Positions 13,056 to 25,200 of a stretch of DNA of 51,548 nucleotides are shown in pieces. Within the stretch, counting starts at the first letter, position 1. Every line of letters starts with the position of its first letter. Below the pieces are notes generated by a model. That model had not been told where the DNA came from, searched no databases, and saw only the letters and a list, made by a program, of their open reading frames with translations. The translations under genes were made by a program, and so were the position numbers. This DNA is from Octopus sinensis (lineage: Eukaryota): the NCBI RefSeq assembly GCF_006345805.1, contig NW_021834172.1:1-51548 (forward strand), given 5' to 3'.

Positions 13056-13555
13056 TAATAGATAACTCGGCAAAGAATGGAAAGACATTTATGATGATTA
13101 AATGTTTAAGTTACTGTATTTCACATGCTGTGAATCACAAATCTAAATAAAGTAGGATTAATCATTGGGATGTAATTGGAATGAGTTATTGTTTGATTAT
13201 AATTTGACAAACATTATTCACCGCAGCTGCATCTTTAGAAAAAGAACAAAGTAATAAAGGCAAAAAATGCCATTAAAAAATTGAAATCCATTAAAATTTA
13301 GTATATAATGTCACAGGCATCGAAAGACCCAAGTTTGAAGGGACCCTACCCTAATTAGATTTTCATACACTTAATAATTGAAATACCCAAAAGGGGATTC
13401 TATAGGAATAGGAAGTTTTATTGGAAACAGAGAAGGGTTAAAGGTTAGGGGGGAGTTTGTATAATGAAACAATAGGACTACCCTATCGACTTCTTCCCAA
13501 AAAAAAAGAGACCCCCTCAAGTAAATTTTTTTTTTTTTTTTTTTTTTTTTCTTTT

Positions 13556-16185
13556 CTACCTCTGCAGGTACGTCCCAGTGACAATTGAGTTGGATTTATA
13601 ACCACTTATAGCTTTTTCGACAGTTTCACCGACCATGGAGGATTTACTTTCAAGCCACAGGGGGATTGGATCTTCAACTTTTTGGTGGTAAGCAAGCTTC
13701 AAAGCGAGCCTGCGAGACTTTTCAAATTTAGTTAAGATGGTGTCCTTCTTTTTAGAGAAGTACCATCCCTCTTTTCCGTATAGTAGTCCCAGTAGGATCA
13801 CCGTATTGAAAACGTAGAGGAAAGTATCAGGCTCCAAATTTAACTTCCTCAGGCAGAACAGAGCATTAGTTGCTTTCCTTTTACTTAATTTTGCGTTTTC
13901 GAGATAGTTTCCCTTTTCATCGATGAACAAGCCAAGATATTTAATTGAGTTTTGTCGAGGTATGTTCTTGATCAGGCACGGTAAATTTATTAAATTTCTG
14001 CTTTCTGTGATTCTCAGTAATGCGGACTTCTCACGCGCAATAATGAACATATTTTCATCGCACCATTGCTCCACTGTATTCATATATGATATAATCCTTT
14101 GTTCGGATAAGGCAGGTTTCGATGAAATGTCAAGGATTACAACATCATCGGCGTATATCAAAATTTCCGTCCGTGTGTTGACAGGAGACGGCAGATTGCT
14201 CATCACAATGTTGAATAATAGAGGACTGAGGACTGATCCTTGAGGGACGCCTCTTTTAAGTTTCAGTTCATCCGAGTCATAGTTCAGAAAGCTTATCACA
14301 GAGCGCCTGTCGCGGAGGAAGTCTTTTAGCCATAGGAATAGTCCTTTGTCTATGTGACACTTCGCCAGATGTCTAAGGAGACCGAGGTGCCAAACCATAT
14401 CAAAGGCTTTTGAGATGTCTAGAGACACAATTGTCAGACACTCTTTGAAATCCAGAGCCTTTACAATCGACGAATTGAGTGTATAAAGACAGTCAGCACA
14501 GGAACGACCCCTCCGAAAGCCCCACTGCACGTCTTTGAGATAACCATTTCTCTCGACGTGTTCAGAGAGTCGTTCAAACATTACCCTTTCCATTATTCGA
14601 CTGATGGTAGGAATTAGGCTTATAGGCCTATAACTTGTCGCCAAGTAACCAGGTTTTCCAGGCTTCCGTATCATCCTTACCTCCGTCAGTTTCCATGAAG
14701 AAGGGACGTATCCCAAGCTCACACTGCGGGAGAAGAGACATCCCAAATATTCGTAAAGTTGCTTGGGAGCTTCTTTGAACATGCGCATGGTTATCTTGTC
14801 CTTTCCCGGAGCGTTATTTTTGGAGTATCTAACTGCATTTTCCACGTCTTTGCACGTTATAGATTCCGAGCACATTGGTAATGAGCTAAGATTGTCTTCC
14901 AACTCTTTTTCCATATCAAACAAAGCTGAATCAGATAGATTTGTATCCGGATTGACTTCTTGTATTCTTTTGAGACTATCAGCAATATGTTCGGGATTTC
15001 TTCATGAGATGCAGGGGATCCATCTTGTTTTAGCAGTTTAGGTATAGTTTTCTCAGACGTCGAGGTTAATTTCGAGTAGACCTTCCAAAAATTTGGACTT
15101 CCTTTATGTAGCTTTTTGCACTCAGTATTCCATTTTTTATCCTTCGCCACCTTCGCCGATTTTCTTATTTCTTCCGTAATGGTGAAGATTTCACTTTCCA
15201 AAACGGACCGGTCACGAAAATCTGCGCAGCGCCGGAGTTTGTTCCTTAGACATTGTTTTTTCCTTAGTAGGATTTCAACATTCATGTTTGGCATGTGAGT
15301 TTTCCTATTGTTTGAGACGATTTTTGTAGAATATGTTTCCAGATAAGACTTTATGTATCCAATAAGGGAATTGCTAGACTTCTCGAGGTCCTCAGATGAA
15401 GAATTTTCGTCAAGTTTAGGAGCGAAATTGCTCAGATAAAGTGTAAAACATTTTCGGTAGTGTTCCCAGTTTATAGTCGAGAGGTTATATCGTATAAAAG
15501 TTGGTTTACCCTTTAAAGGTCCAAGGTTGAGTTTGTATAAAATTGGTAGATGGTCACTTCCAATATCATTTAAGGTGTACGGTTGTTCCATAAATTGAAG
15601 AGTAGACATAGAGACCAATGCTACGCCCAAATAGTCCCACCCTCCTGGTGAGTAATGATTTGGGGTTTTTGATGTGATGACCGAGAAACTGAGAGATTCT
15701 GAAAGCTTCTTAAGAATGATGCCATCCCTGTTGGTTCTCAGACAGCCAAAAGATGTGCATTTGGCATTTAGATCCCCGAGGAGTATTGACAAATGATTGT
15801 GTTTATCGGCAAAAAAGTCCTTGATAAGCGATGAGTAATTGGAAAGGGATTTTGAGTACATCCCTCCGATTGTTACCCACCCTTTTTCCAGAAGGACGTC
15901 GATTGTGAGGAATTCACACAATTCCTCGGACACAATTTTTAGATTTTTCACCCTTAGAGTTGATTTGTAGTAGATAGAAGTGCCTGTTCCAGCGATCGAG
16001 CCCGGCTTCCACTTAATATCAAGGGAACGATAGCCATCCAAGTAGTAATCATCATGTTTTTTGATTTTTGTTTCGTTTACGATCAAAAGGTCCACGGGGT
16101 TATGGGATAACATATCCTCAATCTCTGAACGCCTTCTCTTTAGAGAACGTGCGTTCACAGCGATAATAGACAGAAAGGGGCTCAC
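13556..16185 (-). CDS. LINE ORF2: APE endonuclease plus reverse transcriptase, one 1-nt frameshift at about 14985
   Basis: VNARSL, NETK, LLGDLNAK, SDHLPI (APE); SYRPISL, LDISKAFD, GVPQGSVLSP, IYADD, KYLG (RT). Confidence 0.92.
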
Positions 16186-17351
16186 GCCTGATCAATCCTT
16201 TCCCTTCCAAGAGAAGGGGACAACAGATTGTTGATATCGAGGCCTTTTTCATCGCATATAGCGATTATTTTGCGAATCATAGAGGTAAGCTCAACGTCGA
16301 TAGTTGGTGCTTTCCTCTTAAAGCGGGTTGGAGGCTCTGTGTGTTGTGTATTGGGAGGCAAAGTTGCGTCTTCACTAACATCTGTTTGCGTTGAGGAGTC
16401 AAAACAGCGGGAAATTGTGGGTTTTCGCCATACAGATTCAACGGCCTCCGCTTTTGACCATACAGTTTTTGAGTGTTCTGCTTTGGCCAGTCTGTCCCTG
16501 GCACTGAGCTGCTTTTTTAGTTGTTCAGTGGCTGCCTTAGCTGAAGAGCAGCCACCGTAGCAAGCCAAATGCCCACTCAGACCGCAGTTTATACATTTTT
16601 TCTCAGTTTTTCCTTTAATCGGGCACATTTTCATATTATGATCACCACCACAGAAAAGACATCTTTCCACTTCTTTGCAGAAGTTAGCAATGTGACCAAA
16701 TTGTTGGCAGCGAAAGCATCTTGTTGCTGGGTTTTTAAACCATTCGCATCGTATTTTTTGAAATCCCACTTCGATTCCCATCCTTACAAGCGAAGTGGCT
16801 TCTGCCCTCGAATTCAGACTCAACTTTCCAACAGGTATACTCCGTCCATTTTTGTAGAACCGTTGGAAAGTAAAACCGGGGTTGAGAATTTCTTTGAGGT
16901 AAAGATCCAGGTCTTCCTCGGAGACCCAAGATGGTATTCCCTTCAAGACTACGGTCGATGGTTGCAGACTGCACGCAGAAATATAATGGCCGTCCTGGCC
17001 AAATGGTTTGTTATACTCGAAGTCATTCACAAACGAGTCCCTATCACTAGAATTTGAGAATTCGAGGGTAAAGTCCCCAGACTTCCTGGCAGTAATTCGG
17101 GCCTTCTGTGCAGTCTCGGATTTGGTTAGAATATTAAAGGACTTTATTCGTCCAATCGCATAATTTTTTATCTGCAGCGAGAGGACAAGAGACTCAGTAC
17201 AGTTTGGATTGTTCAAAGAGACTTGAGAGGAGTGTGACCCCTCCTCATCTTTGATACGGATTTCATCTTTGCGTTCAAGCTCTTGAGACACAGAAGATTT
17301 TGAGTTTTTGATAGTTTTATTTTTTGCACCACGAGAAACGAAACGTGTCAT
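16182..17351 (-). CDS. LINE ORF1 gag-like nucleic-acid-binding protein with three zinc knuckles
   Basis: CFRCQQFGHIANFC, CLFCGGDHNMKMC, CINCGLSGHLACYGGC in an open 389-aa ORF. Confidence 0.92.
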   Translation of the reverse strand: MTRFVSRGAKNKTIKNSKSSVSQELERKDEIRIKDEEGSHSSQVSLNNPNCTESLVLSLQIKNYAIGRIKSFNILTKSETAQKARITARKSGDFTLEFSNSSDRDSFVNDFEYNKPFGQDGHYISACSLQPSTVVLKGIPSWVSEEDLDLYLKEILNPGFTFQRFYKNGRSIPVGKLSLNSRAEATSLVRMGIEVGFQKIRCEWFKNPATRCFRCQQFGHIANFCKEVERCLFCGGDHNMKMCPIKGKTEKKCINCGLSGHLACYGGCSSAKAATEQLKKQLSARDRLAKAEHSKTVWSKAEAVESVWRKPTISRCFDSSTQTDVSEDATLPPNTQHTEPPTRFKRKAPTIDVELTSMIRKIIAICDEKGLDINNLLSPSLGRERIDQA

Positions 17352-17612
17352 GGCCTTTTTTTTTTTTACCTAACGAAAGGGGATTCTAGAGATACTTGCA
17401 TGACCTCAAAATATTTCTATATTAGTAAAATTATGATTACATTAGTACTGCTTTAATTTCAGAAAATAAATAGACTAATTATAAATAATATAATAAATAT
17501 TTCAAATGAATGTCATTACAATTTACAAAGCCAATTATATATAGTTAAAAACAAAGTAAAGTAACCAATCGTAAACCCACTTATACCCATTTCCACCACT
17601 TCATAGATGTTA

Positions 17613-17726
17613 CCTAACCCTAATCCTAACCCTACCCTAAACCTAACCCTAATCCTGACCCTAACCCTACCCTAATCCTGCCCCTAACCCTACCCTAAAC
17701 CTAACCCTAATCCTAACCCTAACCCT
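17613..17726 (+). repeat. Degenerate interstitial telomere-like (CCCTAA)n tract
   Basis: About 19 units of CCTAAC/CCTAAT/CCTAC/CCTAAA/CCTGAC. Confidence 0.85.
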
Positions 17727-18579
17727 CATGAGTAAGGTCACAATGTCGCATGCATGTCATAATTTGATATGTAAAAATAAAATTTTAGACAAGCCATTCT
17801 AAAATAATAAATTAAACATTAGAATTATTATAAAAATAATTAAAATACTATTTTTTACATATAATTTATGCCTGCCATTTACTTTTGCCTTTTTAATTCT
17901 TTCTTATTTTCCGTTTAACCCTGGGGGTCCCTTCAAGACGGTGACAATAATATCGATTAATTTATTTATTATAATGCCTTTCTACAATGCAATTCTTGGT
18001 TTTTAATTTGCTTCATTTATAGGGATACTTTTCTGTGGGTATATATACGGTACAATACGGGGAGTTTATGTTAAGGAACTGAATATGAAAACATCTATAA
18101 TTATGACGGCTATGCATACTATTTTTTAAAAAAACAGACATACATCCCGGATCACTTAGAAGCATGTACTAACGATGGATACTACACAGCCGATATAACA
18201 AGTGCTACCGAAAATGACGTGATCGCAAGTAAGCAATCCATTTATATTCGAGGTGTCATCAAAAAGGACTATCTTCTCGGAATATATAGACATTACGGAG
18301 GCTCTGAATATTTTAGTTATCACACTGGCCTGGAAGCTGTAAGTGACAATAACAAGAGTCTAGAAATATAAAAACTTCGCCAAAGGTATTTCTTACTTCA
18401 AAGATGATGCCACTGCTGAAATGATGCATAAGAGTGGTCAGTGGTTACTTGCGTATCAATGGAGATATTCCTATGTTCTTTGTGAAATCTATATAATAAA
18501 ACACTAAGTTGTGTGTCTGTCTGTCTGTCTGTCCGTGTACACTTATATATCTAAAAAAGGAAATGTTAAGATAAAGAAG

Positions 18580-20990
18580 ATGAATTCAAACTCTTCAAAG
18601 AGATCGGTCCCTTAGGAACATGAAATCAATAAAGAGGTTAATATGATGAGATAATGAAGGTGATTCGACCTCTTCACGAGATCGGTCCCTTAGGAACATG
18701 AAATCAATAAAGAGCTTAAAAAGATATTCATGAGATAATGAAGGTGATTTGACCTCATGATGAGGTCCCCCAAAACCTTCAAGCCAAAAAATTAAAAAAA
18801 AATTATTTTCTGCGTTTTTGTTAAAATGAACAACAAGAAAGTCCTCGACTCACATGATGAGGTCCCCCAAAACCTTCAAGCCAAAAAATTAAAAAAAATT
18901 ATTTTCAGGTGATTCGACCTTTCCACGAGATTGGTCCCTTAGGAACATTAAATCAATAAAAAGCTTAAATAGGATATTCATGAGATAATGAAGGTGATTC
19001 GACCTTTCCACGAGATCGGTCCCTTAGGAACATTAAATCAATAAAGAGCTTAAATAGGATATTCATGAGATAATGAAGGTGATTCGACCTCTTCACGAGA
19101 TCGGTCCCTTAGGAACATTAATCAATAAAGAGCTTAAATAGATATTCATGAGATAATGAAGGTGATTCGACCTCTTCACGAGATCGGTCCCTAGAAAATT
19201 ATAATTTTTAAAAAGTCAAAAAAGATACTCATAATAATAATAATGTAAATGATTCGACCTTTTCTAGATCGGTTCCCTTAAGAAATCAAAATTTAAAAAG
19301 AAATTCGTGATTGATTTTTAATGTTTTAATTAGGAAGTTATTCCCGAACCTAATCTTTCCAAAATTAGAAGTTTCACGTATAATATCATCTGAAATAAAA
19401 TCCTACTTCCAGGCTAACTATTTTCATTGCTATCTGTGCGCGCATGCAAAATTAAGTAATGGAATTGTTAACAATTGTGCAAATTTGAATTTCAATATTA
19501 TCATTATAGATACCACAAAAATACCTCTCTCTCCCCCTTAACAGAACTTCAAACGATCAAAAATTAAAAATAATTATTTTTTTGTCAATAAATTACTTTT
19601 TAACAATCATTCCATTATTGAGGATGCTATCAGAGGATAACTCTAAACACTAAGTTGTGTGTCTGTCTGTCTGTCTGTCCGTTACACTTAATATCTAAAA
19701 AAGGAAATGTGTAAGATAAGAAGATGATTCAACTCTTCCAAAGATCGGTCCCTTAGGAACATGAAATCAATAAAGAGGTTAAATATGATGAGATAATGAA
19801 GGTGATTCGACCTCTTCACGAGATCGGTCCCTTAGGAACATTAAATCAATAAAGAGCTTAAATAGGATATTCATGAGATAATGAAGGTGATTCGACCTCA
19901 TGATGAGGTCCCCCAAAACCTTCAAGTCAAAAAATTAAAAAAATTTATTTTCTGCGTTTTGTTAAAATGAACAACAAGAAAGTCCTCGACTCACATGATG
20001 AGGTCCCCCAAAACCTTCAAGCCAAAAAATTAAAAAAATTATTTTCAGGTGATTCGACCTTTCCACGAGATTGGTCCCTTAGGAACATTAAATCAATAAA
20101 AAGCTTAAATAGGATATTCATGAGATAATGAAGGTGATTCGACCTTTCCACGAGATCGGTCCCTTAGGAACATTAAATCAATAAAGAGCTTAAATAGGAT
20201 ATTCATGAGATAATGAAGGTGATTCGACCTCTTCACGAGATCGGTCCCTTAGGAACATTAAATCAATAAAGAGCTTAAATAGGATATTTCATGAGATAAT
20301 GAAGGTGATTCGACCTCATGATGAGGTCCCCCAAAACCTTCAAGTCAAAAAATTAAAAAAATTTATTTTCTTCTGCGTTTTGTTAAAATGAACAACAAGA
20401 AGTCCTCGACTCACATGATGAGGTCCCCCAAAACCTTCAAGCCAAAAATTAAAAAAATTATTTTCAGGTGATTCGACCTCTTCACGAGATCGGTCCCTTA
20501 GGAACATTAAATCAATAAAGAGCTTAAATAGGATATTCATGAGATAATGAAGGTGATTCGACCTCTTCACGAGATCGGTCCCTTAGGAACATGAAATCAA
20601 TAAAGAGCTTAAAAAGATATTCATGAGATAATGAAGGTGATTTGACCTCATGATGAGGTCCCCCAAAACCTTCAAGCCAAAAAATTAAAAAAATTATTTT
20701 CAGGTGATTCGACCTTTCCACGAGATTGGTCCCTTAGGAACATTAAATCAATAAAAAGCTTAAATAGGATATTCATGAGATAATGAAGGTGATTCGACCT
20801 TTCCACGAGATCGGTCCCTTAGGAACATTAAATCAATAAAGAGCTTAAATAGGATATTCATGAGATAATGAAGGTGATTCGACCTCTTCACGAGATCGGT
20901 CCCTTAGGAACATTAAATCAATAAAGAGCTTAAATAGGATATTCATGAGATAATGAAGGTGATTCGACCTCTTCACGAGATCGGTCCCTT
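18580..20990 (+). repeat. 85-bp tandem repeat array with interspersed ~55-95-bp subunits (higher-order structure) inside the Helitron 5' region
   Basis: Unit gaaggtgattcgacctcttcacgagatcggtcccttaggaacattaaatcaataaagagcttaaataggatattcatgagataat (period 85, e.g. 20821 to 20906) alternates with catgatgaggtcccccaaaaccttcaag... blocks; two arrays separated by a duplicated Helitron head and tail. Confidence 0.92.
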
Positions 20991-22271
20991 AGAAAATTAT
21001 AATTTTTAAAAAGTCAAAAAAGATACTCATAATAATAATAATGTAAATGATTCGACCTTTTCGTTAGATCGGTTCCCTTAAGAAATCAAAATTTAAAAAA
21101 GGAAATTCGTGATTGATTTTTAATGTTTTAAATTAGGAAGTTATTCACCGAACCTAATCTTTCCAAAATTAGAAAGTTTCACGTATAAATATCAATCTGA
21201 AATAAAATCCTACTTCCAGGCTAACTATTTTCATTGCTATCTGTGCGCGCATGCAAAATTAAGTAATGGTAATTAGTTAACAATTGTGCAAATTTGAATT
21301 TTCAACATTACTCATTATAGATATCCACAAAAATAAATACCTCTCCCCCTTAACAGAACTTCAAACGATCAAAAATTTAACAATAACTAACGTTTTTGTC
21401 AATAAATTACTTTTTAACAATATTTCATTATTGAGGATGCTATCAGAGGATTAACTCTATTTCCCTTGAGATATAGAAGATATTAGTTGTTAATTATAGA
21501 TTGTTTCATTTGTAAGATTTTAAATCAAAAGTGTTTGTAGAATCTGCCAACAACATCGCAAGTCGAAACTACAGTCACCAAATTCACTTTGAAATTGTTA
21601 ATTAATCTTAATAAATTAAATGGATATACGGTCGTATTTATGTGAATTCTCAATCATCTATATAATTATGAAATAAATAGATTATAATTTGAAGTAGATA
21701 GTTTCAATTAAGGTTTTTCCAGGTTTAGAATTAAAACTTCCAATTTTAGAAAATTTGATAAATATCTAAATTAAGATGTTTCCATTTTAGGAAATTTTAT
21801 TTGTATTAATATAAAAAGATCCGTAAAAATAGTATAATATAGTTTGTTACATAGAAAATAAACATTTCAATAGCAATAGTATAATATAGATAAGAATGTC
21901 TGAATTGAGAAAGCACAATAAATTCAGAAATACAAAAACAAAAGACAAGAAATCGGAAGAAAGAGAGTTTGGGGGGAGAGGAATAATCAAAAAAAAATTG
22001 GTATCTAATAGTGAGGATTTGGAAATTATAAATGAGCATAAAATAACTAATACTAGCTTACTAAATTTTGCAATATGCGCTAATAGTATGGAATTAGAAA
22101 GCTTGCACCAAAGCCATAAAAACAAATATCAAAAAATTTCTGAGAACAGGAATGAAAATAGTGATTTAACAAAAAAATTGATAAAGTAAATCACAACTTG
22201 ACAAAGGTAATAAAAATTTTAATCTATTTTAATAGATATTTGAACAAAGAAAAGAAATAAACAAAAGACAA

Positions 22272-25200
22272 ATGCAGAAAAAAAGGAAAAACGAATCTAT
22301 ACAAACAAAAATTATTCGAAAAGAAAACAACAGACAAAGGAAGACGATTGCAAGAAGTCAAGAAACAGAAGAAAGAAAAATTAACAGAAAAGAAAACGAC
22401 AGACAAAGGAGGACGATTGCAAGAAGTCAAGAAACAGAAGAAAGAAAAATTAACAGAAAAGAAAACGACAGACAAAGGAGGACGATTGCAAGAAGTCAAG
22501 AACAGAAGAAAGAAAAATTAACAGAAAAGAAAACGACAGACAAAGGAGGACGATTGCAAGAAGTCAAGAAACAGAAGAAAGAAAAATTAACAGAAAAGAA
22601 AACGACAGACAAAGGAGGACGATTGCAAGAAGTCAAGAAACAGAAGAAAGAAAAATTAACAGAAAAGAAACAAACAGAATAAGAAACGTTACAATGAGAA
22701 GCCAAAAAAATCAGAAGATCGTTATAAAATATCAAGAAATTATATCACGGAGGAATACGAAATTATATAATTCTAAATTATTGGGAAATCTAGGATTTAA
22801 TTATAATGCAGTTAATGATTTTAAATATTTGGGGAATATCGGCACTATGTCCGATATATGTAAATTTTGTTCGGCCCTAAAATTTAAAGGGGAAACAGCA
22901 GGCATGTGTTGCAATCTTGGTAAGGTAAATTTGCCTTCCTTATCGATTCCACCAAAACCACTATTGACGCTATTAAGAAATGAATCGCCGATCTCTAAGC
23001 ATTTTCTTGAAAATATTCGAAAGTATAATAATTGTTTTCAGATGACATCGTTTGGAACAACAGGTAATTTTATTTATACGGGTTATATGCCCACATATAA
23101 GGTTCTTGGTCAAGTTTATCATAGGATGGGGTCACTACTCCCAAATGCAGGTGAGCAACATAGCTTTTTACAAATATATTTTTTGGAAAATTTTGAGGAT
23201 CAGTCAACAAGAAGATTAGAAACAGAACCAAAATTACGTCAATCTATAATTAACATGTTACAAAACATGTTACAAGAACATAATTCATATATTTTATCTT
23301 TTAGGACTGTTATGCGGACTACAAGAGAAAAGGACTATAAAGTAATTATTCATGCAGATAGGACACCTACGGGAGCACATGAAGGACGGTACAACATACC
23401 AAGTTCTAATCAGGTTGGGGTTTTGATAGTAGGGCAACAATATGATAAACGAGATATTATCGTTAATCATAAAGACAGTGGACTACAGAATTTCAGAACA
23501 CATCGTTCATATGATGCTCTACAGTACCCTCTGATATTTTCAAGAGGGGCAGATGGATATAATTTTAAGGTTATGCAGCAAAATCCACTGACAGGACAAA
23601 ATACAAATAAAAAATTAGCTGTATGGCATTTTACTCCTATAGATTCATGCTAAGAAAAGAAGAATTTAATACTATTCATCGAACAGGACAATTGTTTTAA
23701 TCAATATTTAGTTGACATGTATGCGAAGATTGAATCTGAGAGACTATTATACTTTCGTTTAAATCAACGAAAACTTAGAGCAGAAGAATATATACATCTC
23801 AGAGATGCGATTATTAATGATGGTAATGTTTCTGATGTAGGTCAAATGATCATATTACCCTCATCATTTACAGGAGGACCAAGATATATGCATGAACGAA
23901 CACAAGATGCAATGACATACGTAAGAAATTACGGTACTCCAGATTTATTCATTACGATTACGTGTAATCCTAAATGGCCAGAAATTATTGATAACTTATT
24001 CATAGGTCAAAAGTCCGAGAATAGACATGATATAATTGCAAGAGTTTTTAGACAGAAAATTATTAAACTGATGGACCTAATAACGAAGAGTCATATATAT
24101 GGGAAGACACGATGCCATATGTATACAGTTGAATGGCAGAAAAGAGGACTTCCACATTCACACATTTTGATATGGTTAGTTAACAAAATTAGGCCCACTG
24201 AAATAGACGACTGCATATCCGCTGAAATTCCAAATCCAGAAGAGGATCTGGAATTATATGAGACCATCAGGAAAAATATGATACATGGTCCATGTGGAAT
24301 TCTTAATAGGTCTTCACCATGTATGAAGAACGGTAAGTGTAGTAAAGGGTATCCAAAAGAATTTCTTTTCAATACTCAAACAGGAGAAAATGGGTATCCT
24401 CTTTACCGTAGGAGAAGGCCAAATGATGGGGGACATACAGTGACTATCAACGAAGGCAAGGAAAATGAAATAACAGTGGATAACAGGTGGGTAGTGCCTT
24501 ATAGTCCACTGTTATGTAAAATTTTTAATGCTCATATAAATGTAGAATTCTGCAACTCAATTAAATCAATTAAATATGTCTGCAAATACATCAACAAGGG
24601 GTCAGATCAGGCAGTTTTTACTATTGAAGGACGGGATGAGGTGACTCAATACATGCATGGGAGATATATTTGCAGCAGTGAGGCTGCGTGGAAAATATTT
24701 GGATTTCCCATACATGATAGATATCCTTTGGTAATGCATTTAGAGGTACATTTGGAAAATGGACAAAGAGTTTACTTCAATGAAGAAAATGTACAAGACC
24801 AAATACAAAACCCAAGGAATTCTACACTAATGGCTTTTTTTGAACTTTGTACATTAGACACATTTGCAAAAACATTATTATATTGTGAAATTCCAAGATA
24901 CTACAGGTGGGAAACTACCGGTAAGAAATTCAAACGAAGGATAAGAGGAGAACCAGTGAATGGACATCCAGGAATTGTAAGTAGTGATGCATTGGGCAGG
25001 GTGTACACAGTTCACCCTAATAATGCCGAATGTTATTGTGTTAGGTTACTTCTGCATAACATCCGAGGACCGACATTTTTTACCGATTTAAAGACAGTTG
25101 ATGGAGTAATCTGCGCAACATTTAGAGAAGCCTGTTTTAAATTGGGACTTTTAGAGGATGATAAAAGCTGGGACGACGCATTGACCGAAGCTGGGATTTT

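Larger units (their letters stand above)
13403..17375 (-). mobile_element. Full-length non-LTR retrotransposon (Jockey/I-group-like LINE) with 13-bp TSD
   Basis: AAAGGGGATTCTA at 13390-13402 and 17376-17388; ORF1 and ORF2 present; 3' end AATAAAAC(TTCCTA)2 on the minus strand. Confidence 0.9.

Noticed and set aside
14857-14990. Programmed ribosomal frameshift splitting LINE ORF2
   Set aside because: The sister element reads through this segment in one frame (ILRKQLSRIQETDP vs NI-ADSLKRIQEVNP), so a 1-nt deletion is the simpler explanation.
16228-17057. Plus-strand ORFs (110 and 162 aa) as a possible antisense ORF0 of the LINE
   Set aside because: No recognisable motifs; length is explicable as a shadow of ORF1.
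13337-17934. 12-bp inverted match (ttgaagggaccc / gggtcccttcaa) as TIRs around the LINE and telomere-like tract
   Set aside because: The match does not extend and there is no TSD; likely chance.
18580-20990. Regularly spaced repeats resembling a CRISPR array
   Set aside because: Units are contiguous with no unique spacers, there are no cas genes, and the array lies inside a eukaryotic Helitron.
22224-22735. Hydrophobic Phe/Cys repeat ORFs on the minus strand
   Set aside because: Antisense of the 69-bp RepHel coiled-coil repeat.
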